Shown piece by piece: positions 1 through 12,700 of a stretch of DNA of 64,000 nucleotides. The DNA is taken from contig CM119265.1 in NCBI GenBank assembly GCA_051294375.1, forward strand, positions 15,846,564-15,910,563, in the 5' to 3' direction. The notes under the pieces were generated by a model. It was not told the origin of the DNA and ran no database searches. It saw only the letters and a list, made by a program, of their open reading frames with translations. Both the position numbers and the translations under genes were made by a program. Numbering within the stretch: position 1 is the stretch's first letter; every line of letters starts with the position of its first letter. This DNA is from Paraspadella gotoi. Taxonomy: Eukaryota > Animalia > Chaetognatha.

Positions 1-3000
1 ATGTTTATCATTATAATGCCTATATATAAAAATAATAAATATAATAAAAATGTAAGATTAAAAACATTTTTCTGTACGTAATTTTATTCATCCTTTCTTC
101 ATTTTTGGCACATGCACTCCAGTGTTGTGTGGAATCTGTTTCACTTAATGTGTTGCACTACTTTACATTCCAAATTTTAACTTCATTCTGATAATTAATT
201 TTCTAGTCAAAAGTTAACGTTTGTAGTTTGCTATTGCAATTCCATCACAGTTAGACATGTGCCTTATTAATGGGGGTGATATTTTTATTTCATTAACAAT
301 TTCGGAACACGTTTAACGCCTTATAAAATGTGGAAATTATTAGTAAAAAAATCCTTTCACATGCTAATCTTGATTTAAATTATCTAGCTCACCCCCTTTA
401 AGAGTTGCGGATTTGTAACCTTGCTTGGTGATGGTTATTAGGACGAGAGTATTACTTTTTTTTAACATGTAAACATGTTATTGTTATTTTATAGTTAAGA
501 ATTTAAAAACTTTAACATATCATTTTTAATAGGGTGGAATGTTGAAAAGATTGAGAGATGTTACAATATATTTTTGTTATCTTTGTATATGTATATGATA
601 AAATTTAAGCTTTTTTTTTTAAATTTGAGTGTAACAGTATCAGAAATCGTTTCTTCTTTAATAAAATTTCAAAACTATTTTTGTCATTTTTAAAAACAGA
701 TTCAGATTGGCCAAAAAAATTAAAAAAAATTTTGTCAAATATATTATATGATATTTTAATGTTAAAGCCGCGAAAAATGAATAAAACATTGTTATTTTTA
801 TTACAGAGAGTTAAAAAGTTAATCTTTTTTTTCTATTTTTGATACTTAAAAAATATTTTTTATATTTTTTATTTAACTTTTTATGAAAAATCTTTGAAAA
901 TTTAAAATTTTATATGGATATTACTACTAATACATTGTAATTTCTGGTACTGTTCCACTCAGAATATAAGTAGAATATTTTTGTACTTAATAATTATATT
1001 ATTATACGTATAATTATCATTGTGACATATCTCAAATAAAATTTTTGTTCCCTAGAGCTCCACTCTACTGTTTAACGGTGAAATTATTTCTCAGTTTCTA
1101 TCTTTCTCTCAGACACAGTTTAAATTGATTCTGAACAAACTTTTTAACGTCAAGGAGATGCCAATGACATAAATAGGTAATATAAATATTCTTCGTTTCA
1201 TAATTTGTATTCTTCATATGTCACTTTTCGGTCGCTTGGTCGCTTTTTGTCTGTTCGTTTAAAGAAAGGGTGGGGGAAAAAGAGGAGAGGAAAAAGATGA
1301 GGATTTAGGATGCCATTTGAAAACATTAAAATATTGATGCGAGAAAAGAATATCTATTTTTAAAAATAAAAGAGTTAATGAAAAAAGTATAGGAATGAGT
1401 TTTGTTATTAAAGGAATTAACTAAAGCCGCTATCATAGTTCAGTCGGAGAACGAAACTTATTTTTTATGACATGGTTTTCTTTCTTTCTTTCTTGTTCAA
1501 ATGGAATCATTGACTGAATTAATTTTTTTAACTTCTATTTAGGTGCTTGGATCTGAAAATGTCTGCCTTTGTCCGGATACCTCCTACCATGTTCCAAAAC
1601 GCAAGAATCTGATTTTTTAATTATCGTATAGTTTTTTTTAATTTTCACTTTATCAGTTCATGTACATTTGTTTTTAATAGATTTTCTTTACCTGATTTTT
1701 TTTTTATTTGCCTTAACCCAATTTTAGTTAATTTTTCTTACCTGGTTTAGTTGAGGTTATCTTATCCAAGAGTTAGTCAGAGTGTCAGCTGTTAAACTAC
1801 ACTATAATTTAATTACATTTAAATTTGAACACAAATTCCATTTAATTTATTTTTGTTTAGACAAGTCATTAATCTTAGTCTTTCGTCTCATATCAATCTA
1901 GTACACTACGTACCTAAAAAATACACTACCTCTGCCCCGACAATATAGTAACGAGTTATTGAAAATTACTCGTTACATGTACTCGTTATTTATTAAATGA
2001 ATGGATAACTTTTATATTGGTTGTACCAATTTATAATAATAAACATAATAAACATAATAAACCATTGACCAGATATTTTAAGAATACCTAATTACTCATA
2101 AAGAATTGTTATTGTGTAGCGGTGGTATCTCAAATTACTTTGACATTGAGTAAACATTTCGACATTGGTGTCGATGCTAGTAAACGGAACGTAACGTCTT
2201 TCCGAGCTGTTGTGGCTGACGACAGTCTGATCGGAAATTCTGAAATTAGAAAATAACAGGCGGTAACTTTTACCGTCGTATAAACTTAAGTATTGCAGTA
2301 TGATCGTTTCGAGCCTTAGCCTAAGGCTTGGGCTGAGGTTAATGAAAATTACACTGATTTCAAATGGAAGTGAAATGAAAAGAATTGTTATTACTCTTAA
2401 CTGACTCAATATGATTGATATTTGATCAATTCATTAGTTAGAAATTCCCTGATGTTTATGTTCTTATAAAGCAAATTGATACTACATCATAACCACTTGT
2501 GCGCTTGACTTGACTTGACTAATTGTGAAAAAAATTTAGCCCAATATTTTAATTTTTTTTAATATTGATTAGCAAGTAAAAAAAAATTTATAAATATATT
2601 TCAAGGTTTAGTGAGGCAAAATGTTTTTGCCAGATCCTTATTCTTTTCCAATTTTTTTTTAAGGCTGAAATTTTATTTTTTTGTAAGTTTTAAGACGCGA
2701 TGTACAGTCTCGTAGAATAAACTATGCAGTTAAAAAAAAAATTTTATTATTAATTTTTTCATTTTTTATTGTTTCTCATCCTAGGTCATTACTCCGTGAA
2801 TGTTATGTATAAAAATTAATGCAAATCTTTTAATGCTCTCAAGATACAGTTAAATACATAAATGCCGTCAGAATTCAAACTAAAAAGAAGATTTTTTATT
2901 CTATAATGTGGAACAACATATCTCTTAAAAAACAATGCAGTCAGAATCTCCTTTGTTTAAGCTGTCGTTTGATATATAAAAACTTTAAACATTTGTCTGT

Positions 3001-3679
3001 CCATCTGTCTGTCTGTCCGTCTTTCTCCCATACCTTTAAAGTCTTATTACTTATGTTTGGATAAATCAATTGAGTTGAAATTTTGTCCGTGATTAAAAAA
3101 CTGGTTCATTGAGCTGGAATTTAAATTTCAACGAGAATCAGGCTAGTGGAAGTAAGTTTAATTAGAAAAAGTAAAGATCAATTTTAGTTTATTAATTTAA
3201 TTTGTATTTTAATCGTCGCACATAAATGGCGTCGTCATCGTCGTTGTTGGCGTTGTTGTCGAGGTCTTTGAAATTGGGTGAGGACAGTTATTAAATATGT
3301 TTTGTTTATGTTTTATCAAAAAAACAAATTTCCTCATTTTATTTATATCTCTCCTCTCTCTATTCTCTTTTAATTACATAATGCTATCTCTCTCTCTCTG
3401 CTGATCAGTTTATTTGTCAATGAAAAAGTTTTCTCCTGCTGCTACTGCTGATTCGTCGAAAACGATTTGGCCTCTCTCTCTCTCTCCTGCAACATCAGGT
3501 TTTATTTCGTTCTTTTTTCTCGTCACTCTTTTTATTTTTCATCGATCTGCTTTCAGCAGATCCCGACTTTATAATTTATTCTTGTGTCGGTCCGTCGTTC
3601 TGCCCGCTCAATCTTGACGGGCTATCACTTATATCATGTCAGAAGATCAAATTATGATAAATTATCAAAAAAAAAAACG

Positions 3680-4000
3680 ATGTCCGTCCGTCCGTCCCAC
3701 CTTAACAAAAAATACAAATTACTCGTGATTGGATGGATGGATTGGAATGATATTTTGTGTGTGGGTAGGGAAGTGTGTGCTTGAGCTGGATATGAAGTTT
3801 TGATGGAATCGTCCGAGTGGAAATGATTTTAATGGAAAAAACAAAAAATATATTTCACTATTTGAACATCAATTACTCATGAGTGGATGGGGAGCTTGAC
3901 CTGAAATTTTGTATGTGAGTAGGAAAGTGTGTAATTAAACTGGAAATCAAGTTTCGATGGAATCGTTTGAGTGGAAATGAGTTTAAATGGAAAAAACAAA
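3680..4000 (+). repeat. (GTCC)n microsatellite followed by two ~155-bp diverged tandem repeats; DINE-1/HINE-like architecture
   Basis: gtccgtccgtccgtcc at ~3682, then repeats sharing tgaaattttg..gtaggaaagtgtgt..ctgga..aagttt.gatggaatcgt..gagtggaaatga.ttta.atggaaaaa. A related copy with (ctgt)n lies at ~2995-3175. Confidence 0.45.
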
Positions 4001-4051
4001 GAACCTGTTTTCTAATTGATTATGCTTCTTTTTCTTTTTTTTTAAATGTAA

Positions 4052-4735
4052 ATTCAAGATGTATTAATTAATAAAATTATTAATCAGTTAATTAATCAAT
4101 TAGTCAATTAATTTATCAATTATTAATTAATCAGTCAATCAATCAAAACAAACATTTTGGATCAAATTAATTAATTGCCTAATTAATTAAATAATTAATT
4201 TGAATAAATTAATTATTAATTAATTATAATAATTAATTAACTTGAATTAATTAATTAACCGATAATAACCATGGGCAAATCCGACTTGAAATACAAGATG
4301 TATTAATTAATCAAATAATTAATCAGTTAATTAATCAATTAGTCTATTAATTTATCAATAATTAATCAGTCTATTAATAAATCAAACAAACATTTCAAAT
4401 CAATATTAATTAATTGCCTAATTAATTAAATAATTAACTTGAATAAATTAATTATTAATTAATTATAATTAATTAACTTGAATTAATTATTAATTAATTA
4501 ACTTGAATTAATTATTAATTAATTAACTTGAAATAATTATATTAATTAAATTAATTAATTAATGACCATGGGCAGATCTGACTTGAAATACAAGATGTAT
4601 TAATTAATCAAATAATTAATCAGTTAATTAATCAATTAATTAATCAATAATTAATTAGTCAATTAATCAATTTATTGTTCAATAAATCAATTTATTTATC
4701 TATTAATTAATTATTTAATCAATCAATCAAGTCAC
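4052..4735. repeat. Extremely AT-rich tandem repeat (three ~240-300 bp units) built of TTAATTAA/TCAA motifs
   Basis: caagatgtattaattaat recurs at ~4054, ~4294 and ~4591; accatgggca.atc.gacttgaaatac recurs at ~4268 and ~4565. Confidence 0.8.
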
Positions 4736-5220
4736 ATTCAATATCTTTCTTATCTAGATGTCTCCTGTGTTACGAAAAAAATTTTTTGTGGTACCTCGAA
4801 CGTGCAACTTCGCATCTTAAACAACAATCAGAATCTCTCTTCTTTTTTTGCTTTGGCTCTTTTCTCTCACCCTTTGCCTCACTCTCTCTGTGTCGCTTTT
4901 CTTTTGTTTCTGCATCAATTTCAGAACTTTTGCTCACTTACTCAGCCTTGTTAGGTCATAAACATGTCCAAATTCACCTTTCTATTTATTTTGTTAATAT
5001 TGACAATAATTATCATTTCTATAATTATAGTCTTTGATACATTAAAAAATAATCTCTTTTCAATGTTATAAGGAGGAAAGAAAACTTATTATTTTTTTTT
5101 AATAATATAAAACATTACAGTATTATTATTAAAAGTAATGATTCATAAAAATTAATAGCAAATGATCACAATAACATAAGATAAAAAAACTGTCCTCAAT
5201 ATCCCTCTTGAATACTTATG

Positions 5221-5261
<41 letters not shown>

Positions 5262-6791
5262 AAAAAAAACTTTTTCAAACCATGTTCACGAAGAATTAAT
5301 TTTATTTTGCATAAAAAATAAATAAATCAAAAAAATAAAAACATCAGATTGTGACAAAATCGATTGGGAAAAATCTGATTTTTTCAAAATGCAAAATTAT
5401 TTCTCAAGTTCCTTATTTATAATTCTCCATGAGACAAATGTTTTTTTCTAAAATTTAAATATTTCAACTTTTTAATTAATTAAAAATCATTTTAGTATAC
5501 TAATTTTAAAATATTTTTTATAAAATTTATACCTAAAGTTCTAAGAAGATGCTTTTCCTAAAAATGTCTCTTAGATCTTTCTTAAAACGCCAAACAAGTC
5601 ACAGCCACAAAATGAATACAAAAACTAGAAAAAAGCAATATTGTTTTGTTCATTCTGATTTAGAGATATTTGGTTGATTGTTATGCCTTAAATTTCCTTT
5701 AAATAAAAAAATAATAGGTTTAAAAGATAGCTCTTGATCTCTAGTAGTAAATTGAGTTTGAATATAACTTTTAATGAACATTTTTAAATTTTAACCCAGA
5801 TCAATTACAATAACAATGGTAAGATATTTTGTCACCGTTTTAAGCTACTTTTAGCCTGATTTTTTACATATTTTGATTATCTTTGCGATCTTACTGATGA
5901 AAAACAGTCATGGTAAAGAGAGCCTATGTTCGTTCGAATATAGGCATATGTTAGTATCCAGACAGAACAAAATTTTTGAAGTCACAGGTTATATCCTTGC
6001 AAAGTTAGCTATTCCAAAATTGCTGGAGAAAACGAATATCAACCTAAAAATTTTCGAATGCTCTTTATGGACTTCCTCGCCACTTTGGCGCGAACTACTT
6101 TCCGGTTGAAAAAAGAACACAGATTTTGAAAGAACAAGCAGTTATTCGGTCGCATAGCTTAGTAAATTAATCAAATTAATATTTTACTTATAACGCTAAA
6201 TACTTTAATTTTTGTTTTGGTTCACAAATGATTGTAAAACGATAACAATTAAAAAGACTATATATTAAAAATTGCACATTTTTTTTAAATAATCGGTTTT
6301 GACAAGATTGCAACTAATTTTAAAAGAAAATTTGTAATACATTAGAACTATTATGGGAATTATTCAACCCATGAGCCGGACATGAATTCCCAAAGGTCAA
6401 ATCAATGCCAAAAAAAATATGAAATTTGGTACACCAACCATTTTTAAAAATTTATTATTTTTTCTTCTAAACAGTTTTTTTTAATGTGGGGTGGTGAATT
6501 TTCTTTGAAAAGTCAATATTTTGAAAATAAGAGAAAATGTTTTTTTATTTTTGAATTAATGATTAAGGTTGATAGAAAACGGCTTTTATCATTCATTGAT
6601 GCTTAAAAAAATTTTATTCAAAAAATTAACAGACTATGATTATAAACAATGAGTTTTTAGTTATTAAATAAAAAAGGACAAGTTTTGACTTTTAATTCAA
6701 GCTTTTCAGCGCTAAAGATGTCCGTTTTTTAATACATAAAATCAAAACAAAATAGAGAAAAATATATTTTTTATTGTTTAAAAACAATGGT

Positions 6792-6983
6792 TGTGAGAAT
6801 ATTTGGTCTCACGCTCGCGAAGGCAAACATTTCGAACGTGCCCTTTCCGAATAGAAAAGACGTTTCTCATCTTTCTGTGAAAACTTTATTAGTCAAAATT
6901 CTACCGGAGACCCATGTTAAGACAGTCGGAACGGGCAACGTTCGAATGTTTTCCTTCGCGAGCGTGAGACCAAATATCTCACA
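6792..6983. mobile_element. Short inverted-repeat (MITE/foldback-like) element with ~58-bp arms
   Basis: Left arm tgtgagaatatttggtctcacgctcgcgaaggcaaacatttcgaacgtgccctttccga is near-identical to the reverse complement of 6926-6983. A second ~17-bp inverted pair lies at 6773-6789 and 7220-7237. Confidence 0.55.
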
Positions 6984-7493
6984 TAAAAACGGGTTTTTTG
7001 AAGCGGGACAAAACCGTTTTGAAAGCTCTGGGAAAAAAAGGAAAAGAAAAAAAAAAAAGTGAAAAAAAAAAAAAAAAATACGGACACCGGACATGGTTCG
7101 CTCTGATAAGAGCGCAATTTGGCTTACATGAAAAATAAAAAAAAATTCACAAAGCAAATTCGCGCTAAAGAAAGGTTCAATCAGAGCGGAAACATGTCCA
7201 ATTTTTTGCTTCACTTTTACATTTGTTTTTAAACAATTATATATATATGTCTAACTTACGCAAACTACAACAAAACAAAAAGAATTACAATATAAAATCT
7301 ATTTTTAATCAAAACCGCTGAGCTTCCCTCGTTATTTGTTAAGTTATGTGATATGGTGTAGGTTTATTGGTAGATTCCCAAACTCAAGTGGATTCCAACA
7401 TGGCCTTTGAAAACCTCAATTTGATATGTCCTTTAATTCGCGTTTTAAAATGGCTTTAATGGAGACGATAATTTATTTGCAACAATTTTATTA

Positions 7494-7540
7494 TTAGACG
7501 AAACATGTTTCAGCTCAATTTAGCCTTCATCAGCGTCCAA
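7494..7540 (-). ncRNA. Minimal type I hammerhead ribozyme candidate (Penelope-like element/retrozyme type)
   Basis: Minus strand reads UUGGACG CUGAUGA A GGCU aaauug AGCU GAAA CAUG UU U CGUCUAA. It has both catalytic core boxes, a 7-bp stem I, a 4-bp stem II and a palindromic ACAUGU stem III. There is one extra U next to the cleavage site. Confidence 0.65.
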
Positions 7541-9299
7541 AGTTCTTGTGAATTACAAATTTTTCTAGCAGAACTTCTGGAAACTTTACCACACTCTCTA
7601 TCTCTCTTCCCCTACTCTTCTTCTTTTGTGCCCAAATTCATAAAATTAGTAAAATCATATTTTATTTTAACTTAATTTTACTTCTTAAAGATTATTTTGA
7701 ATTGTTTGTACTTTTCATATCATTTTATTCAAAGTAGTTGAAATATTGGCTATAATTGTTCTTATTAAATTGTTTACGAGGATAATGGCGCCACCTCGAG
7801 GTTATTATAGATCATTTAATAATAAAATAATATTAAAAAACATATATGAATATAAACATACAATAGAGATTAGTTAACTTAAAATGTCAAAAGAATAGTA
7901 TAGAAAACATCTTCCAAAAATGCAATTATTTCCCTTTTTTTTAAGTTTTGAAATATTAAATGTAGTATAATAATTTTAGTAATATACAATGGTTTTATAC
8001 ATATAATTTATAAAAAATTAAAATAATTTAGAACTATGTATAATTAACGCAGAAATAAGCTTACAAATAACTAATTTTTAGTCTAGAAACATTTTAATTT
8101 CAAAAAAACAACAGCTATTTTTTGAACCGGAAGATGGTACGCCACATAAAGTGCGTGAAAGTCATAATTCACAACCTGAGAAATTTTTCATTGTGATTTC
8201 GTTTTTTCACTAAAATTGAATAAGAAACTTTGCGAGAAACACAAGCTTTGTTAAAGTAGGCTATTTTTGGAGTAAGGCATTAGTTAGTAATCAGACATAG
8301 CAACAAAATTTGGTCACAAGGTAAATAATTTTGCATGAGAATAGCGTGAATAAAATTTTCCACGAGACTGTGCACCGCGACTTAACTAGAAAAATTTAAA
8401 AATAAAAATGCCTGTCATTGTGGTTGTGAAAAAGCTTTTGACATTCTGATTGCTCAGGTACATACTCCAATGTCTATATCTGTAAGATGAACAAAATTTT
8501 TCAATATTATATTTTTTTATAAAAATATATTCTTATAATAGAAGGTTCTTTTTAAAATATAAAAAATTTCTTTTTTTGTAATTCGACAATGCCATTGATG
8601 TGCACATAACTAAGAAGGTAAGCAAGCTGGACTACTGGGATTGGAAAATAAAAAAAAATCCGCGATTTTCTACCAGTGCAAAATCTGAAGTTGCTATAGA
8701 CAAATTATTTGGCCACAGTATTTGAATATTTCATTTTACTCCCATTTTGAAATCCGTGTAATAATAATGAAGGACTGTAAGCTACAAAGTACACGTTTGC
8801 CTTTCCGTCAAAATTATTTATTTAACAAATCACTATTGCCATATTGGACTGTTTGCATACGGATTTACAAACACGAAAATTTCAATGAAGTTTTCCAGAT
8901 TATTTTACTTATGCATTTTATACAATATAAGTTTTGGAAAAATCAAATAAACTCTGTCCAACTTACCTCAATTAACTCATTCGGCTAAAAATATTTATTC
9001 CGACACTTTTGAAAAAACCAGACTCGCTCAAATTGGAAACTTTCAAGACTCAAAACATAATTTTCTCTTTATTTGCTCATCAAAAACATTCTCTCTTCCA
9101 CCGGGAAGAAAGAAATATATCTGCTTAACGTAAAACGCTTTTGATGTACATCCGTGGTGTTATTCTATGTTTTACCAATTTTTATGTACTAAAACTTTCA
9201 AATCCATCGACTTCCAAAACCCATATCCTGGCTTCGCTCGAACTCCCATATTTTTCTTTCCATTTCCTTTCCTCCATTTTGTCCTCTTCCTCTTCTCTA

Positions 9300-9319
9300 T
9301 CCTCACGCGGATCTCGGTG

Positions 9320-9357
<38 letters not shown>

Positions 9358-9835
9358 TAATTTTCTGTTACCGAGTTAACGTATTCTCTCGTCCTGGCCA
9401 TCACGGAATCCGTTCGATATATCAAAGCCTATTCTCGTGGTCGGAAACCGGCGCGAAGCGAGATCTGTCTCTCACTCGTGCGCTTTCACGTCCCCGCTCC
9501 CGCCCCCGCTCTCGCGCGCCCTTGTTTCGGTTCTCTAAAAGGAGAAACGTCGCCCGGAGAGACTAGCTTTTTCTCTGTGGAACAGAAATCCAAAAAAAAG
9601 GGAGGGAAAAAAATTCCCTTTTTTTTCCTCGACGTGAGCTATATATTTTTATTCCCCTTTCAACGATTTGTGTTTAAAATCTGCCCCGTGTTCCAACAGC
9701 GACGCGAAAGGAGCGAGGGGAAAAAATGGCGACAAAAACTTCTCCCTCGCGATCGTGGGAGAGGCGGCGTTTGAATCGGCGATCATCCCTGGAATGGAAT
9801 TAGTAGTTGCGCCTCTGATGGAATCCCGGGTGAGT
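9300..9835. promoter_or_regulatory. CpG/GC-rich island, possible promoter or non-coding first exon
   Basis: Abrupt GC/CpG enrichment in an AT-rich background, ending at a strong + strand donor CGG|gtgagt (9830). The first coding exon at 14364 has an acceptor, so an upstream exon must exist. The link between the two is unproven. Confidence 0.35.
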
Positions 9836-10027
9836 TACTGGATCGTTGCCTCAGAATTTTTAAAATCTGTTCGTTTGTAATTAAAGGTTGTTTAGTAAAC
9901 AATGTTTACCTTTCATGTTACGTAAATCATTAACAATTTAATAATTATATATATATTAATATATGTTAATTTATTATGTCAAATTTTCGATTAAAATTAA
10001 AATTAAAAAAAAAATATTTCCTAATTA

Positions 10028-10092
10028 CCCTAAACCTAACCACCCCTAACCCTAAACATCCCCTAAACTACTCTTAACCCTAACCCCCCCCC
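10028..10092. repeat. Degenerate interstitial telomere-like (CCCTAA)n tract
   Basis: ccctaaacctaaccacccctaaccctaaacatcccctaaactactcttaaccctaacccc. Confidence 0.45.
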
Positions 10093-10882
10093 AAACTCCG
10101 GTCGGCGAAAGTAAAATTATGATCAAGTGGTAGTATGAAACTCCTGACTGCTTCTCAGCATCAACTCTTATCATTTTCATTTTAAATTCTATGAGGTAAA
10201 ACTTGCACGGCGTTCCCTATTGCTTCCCACACCACCACCATTCCATATCGGTGTTCCACTTTTTTCTCGCCTCGTCATGGAGCGTCTCTGTCGAGGGTCC
10301 GGAGGTACTGCGACGGGATTGGCTTGATGTAATTTAGTTATGCAAACATTTCAATGTTGACGCTTCAAGTATGCCGCCCGGGAATAATAGAATCAACCTT
10401 ACAACTACGTATTTTTTTCCGTTTTTCAAGTTCATGTTATGAAATTCAAAAAAATTAGTCCAAAGATACCTGTAGAATTATGTTACTTTATTGCCGAATG
10501 TTACGTTTTGCGAAAAATTCCATAACTTGCAATAATAAAAAAGCAATATATTTATAATTAAATAAACTAAATAATTCCTTGTTAAAATTAAATAATATAA
10601 ATTAAAAAGTAAAACCTTTATAAAATATACATAAATATTATAGAAAATAGTGAAACAAGTAATTTTGCAAATTTTCATGCATTTTTGCACGGTTAAAAAC
10701 CAATTCGAGCAATTAGATAATTGATATAGAATTAGAACGGATTATAAAATGGAATGACTGATAACGGATATTAAAACTGCCGGGATAAAAAGCAAAAGCT
10801 TTTTAAATTTATTGTGCAGATATGTCGTTGCCTAGTGCCCAAGTGCTCGCCTTCTTTGCTTGGCTGCAGGAGTTGCTTGCTT

Positions 10883-10889
10883 CTTTCTT

Positions 10890-10928
<39 letters not shown>

Positions 10929-10953
10929 TTCTTTCTTTCTTTCTTTCTTTCTC

Positions 10954-11040
<87 letters not shown>

Positions 11041-11057
11041 ATCTATCTATCTATCTA
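10883..11057. repeat. Compound microsatellite (CTGT)n(CTTT)n(CTAT)n
   Basis: Directly visible. Other (CTTT)n tracts lie at ~18085-18180, ~23843-23933 and ~63405-63497. Confidence 0.95.
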
Positions 11058-11966
11058 TTTTTTATTTTTCCTGCCTTGTTACGAACTCAGTTTTGACCCT
11101 CTCACCAAGATTCTTCTAACGGCGGATCCACGACCCGGATGTTTTCAACGCAAGACAAGGATATCACTGGCAACAATCAGAAACTTCCCAACTTCCCATC
11201 CATTTCCAAATCCTCTCTCCAATGCTTCTTGATCTCTGTATAAATTAACTCGGTCGAAAGGGGGGGCCGGGGGGTTGGCGCGCTATAGCGGATCAAAACA
11301 TCATGACTTGCGGAACCTTGCCCTACTTCCGCAAGACGCACGCGCCAATCCCATTTTTCATTTTTCTCCGATCTACATTTGTGCTTCGAATTTCCCTAAA
11401 ATTTTCAGAAACAATTGTCTATCGAGTCACTCGCCACATGCTCAATCTTTTTGGAAAAATGGGCTGGTGAGTGGCAAGTCATTTTCAGAGATATCCTCAC
11501 CACTCTTACTGATATTAAATCCAAATTCTTTAAAAACCCATATAGATGTTTTGTTTTCTTCATTCCCATGTATATTTATTTATTTATAAGAATCTTGTTA
11601 AATAAAACATGGCCTTCGACTGTCATTTTGTGTTTCTCCCGATGGAAACTCTCGCATGCGCTTGTTTATCCTGGATTCCACCGAGATTCGGCGATCGTGG
11701 CCTCTATCACTTAAGCATGCAGTGTCTTTCGCCATCAGGAATAAGCCTAACAGGATAAGCCTAAGGTGAGCAGGAGGTGAGCAGGAACTCCGACTCTCCT
11801 TTTCTGTCACTGCCGTCAATGTTGATTACAATGTTTCATGATAGTTGTTTGTCACCCATCTAACTAAGGGACTTTTCTTATCTTTTTTGACTTGCTTCCT
11901 CCAGTTGTCAGTAATAATATGAGGCCAATCACCTCATCCTTTCTTCCTCTCTCTCTCTCTTCTTCT

Positions 11967-12025
<59 letters not shown>

Positions 12026-12479
12026 CCCCTTTCTTTATCTCCCTACCCCACTATCTTAATCATGAAATCGCCTCCCCCCCGGTTCTCTCTTCTTTCTCTC
12101 TCTCTCTCTCGTCTCCAAATGCCACCGCGTCTTCACCTGGATGCGCACGCTAACTTTCACGGGATTACACGTTCTCGAGTGTCACGCAATCCGCGCGTGC
12201 TTCTCGGACTCCCTGCTTGATCAGCTTTAGCTCTCTCTTTCTTCATCGGAGTTACGGTCCATCGAAACGTCTTCATCTCTCGTTTTTTTCTTTTCTTTCC
12301 TTCTGCCTCAGAAAATTTTATTAAAAAATCGGAAGAAAAAAAATTACTGAGAATGAAAGCTAATTCGTCATCTTTGGAGAAAAATGTCAACAAATTTGGC
12401 AACCTTTTCCGTGGTCAACATTTTAAATTTTGGTCTTCTAGACCTATTATCGTAATTTTTTCATGGATATTCTTTTATT

Positions 12480-12700
12480 ATTATCAATATTATTGTTAGT
12501 ACTAATAGTATTATTACTACTGGGCTGAAGAGTGCTATCCGCAACTTCTTTAACCCCCTCTAGCAACCATGGCATGGGCTTGGAACCAAGCTTTAAGGTT
12601 TTCCACGCCCACAAGGCGGTTTACAGCCGTCCACGCGCTTCCCGCAGGGTAGGGTAGGGTGGTTATGAGCTGATGGCTTTACTCAATGAGCCACCGGATC
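12480..12700 (-). mobile_element. Possible tRNA-derived SINE
   Basis: Minus strand: ggTGGCTCATTGAGtaaagc (A-box-like), tcagcTCATAAcc (anticodon-loop-like), GGTTCCAAGCCC (B-box-like, atypically distant), and a (TAA/TAG)-rich 3' tail. Only one copy in the window. Confidence 0.35.

Noticed and set aside
8326-8490. EKAFD motif suggesting a non-LTR reverse transcriptase
   Set aside because: The catalytic Asp of DxxKAFD is absent (CGCEKAFD), the frame is short and no other RT motifs are nearby.
10814-11232. Long FLS/SFFL, ERERE and SLSLS ORFs here and at 17-18.8 kb, 23.7 kb, 34.6 kb, 40-41 kb and 62-64 kb
   Set aside because: Stop-free translations of microsatellites and pyrimidine tracts, not genes.
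12600-12700. Intact tRNA-Met gene
   Set aside because: No acceptor-stem pairing and no T-arm at the proper distance.
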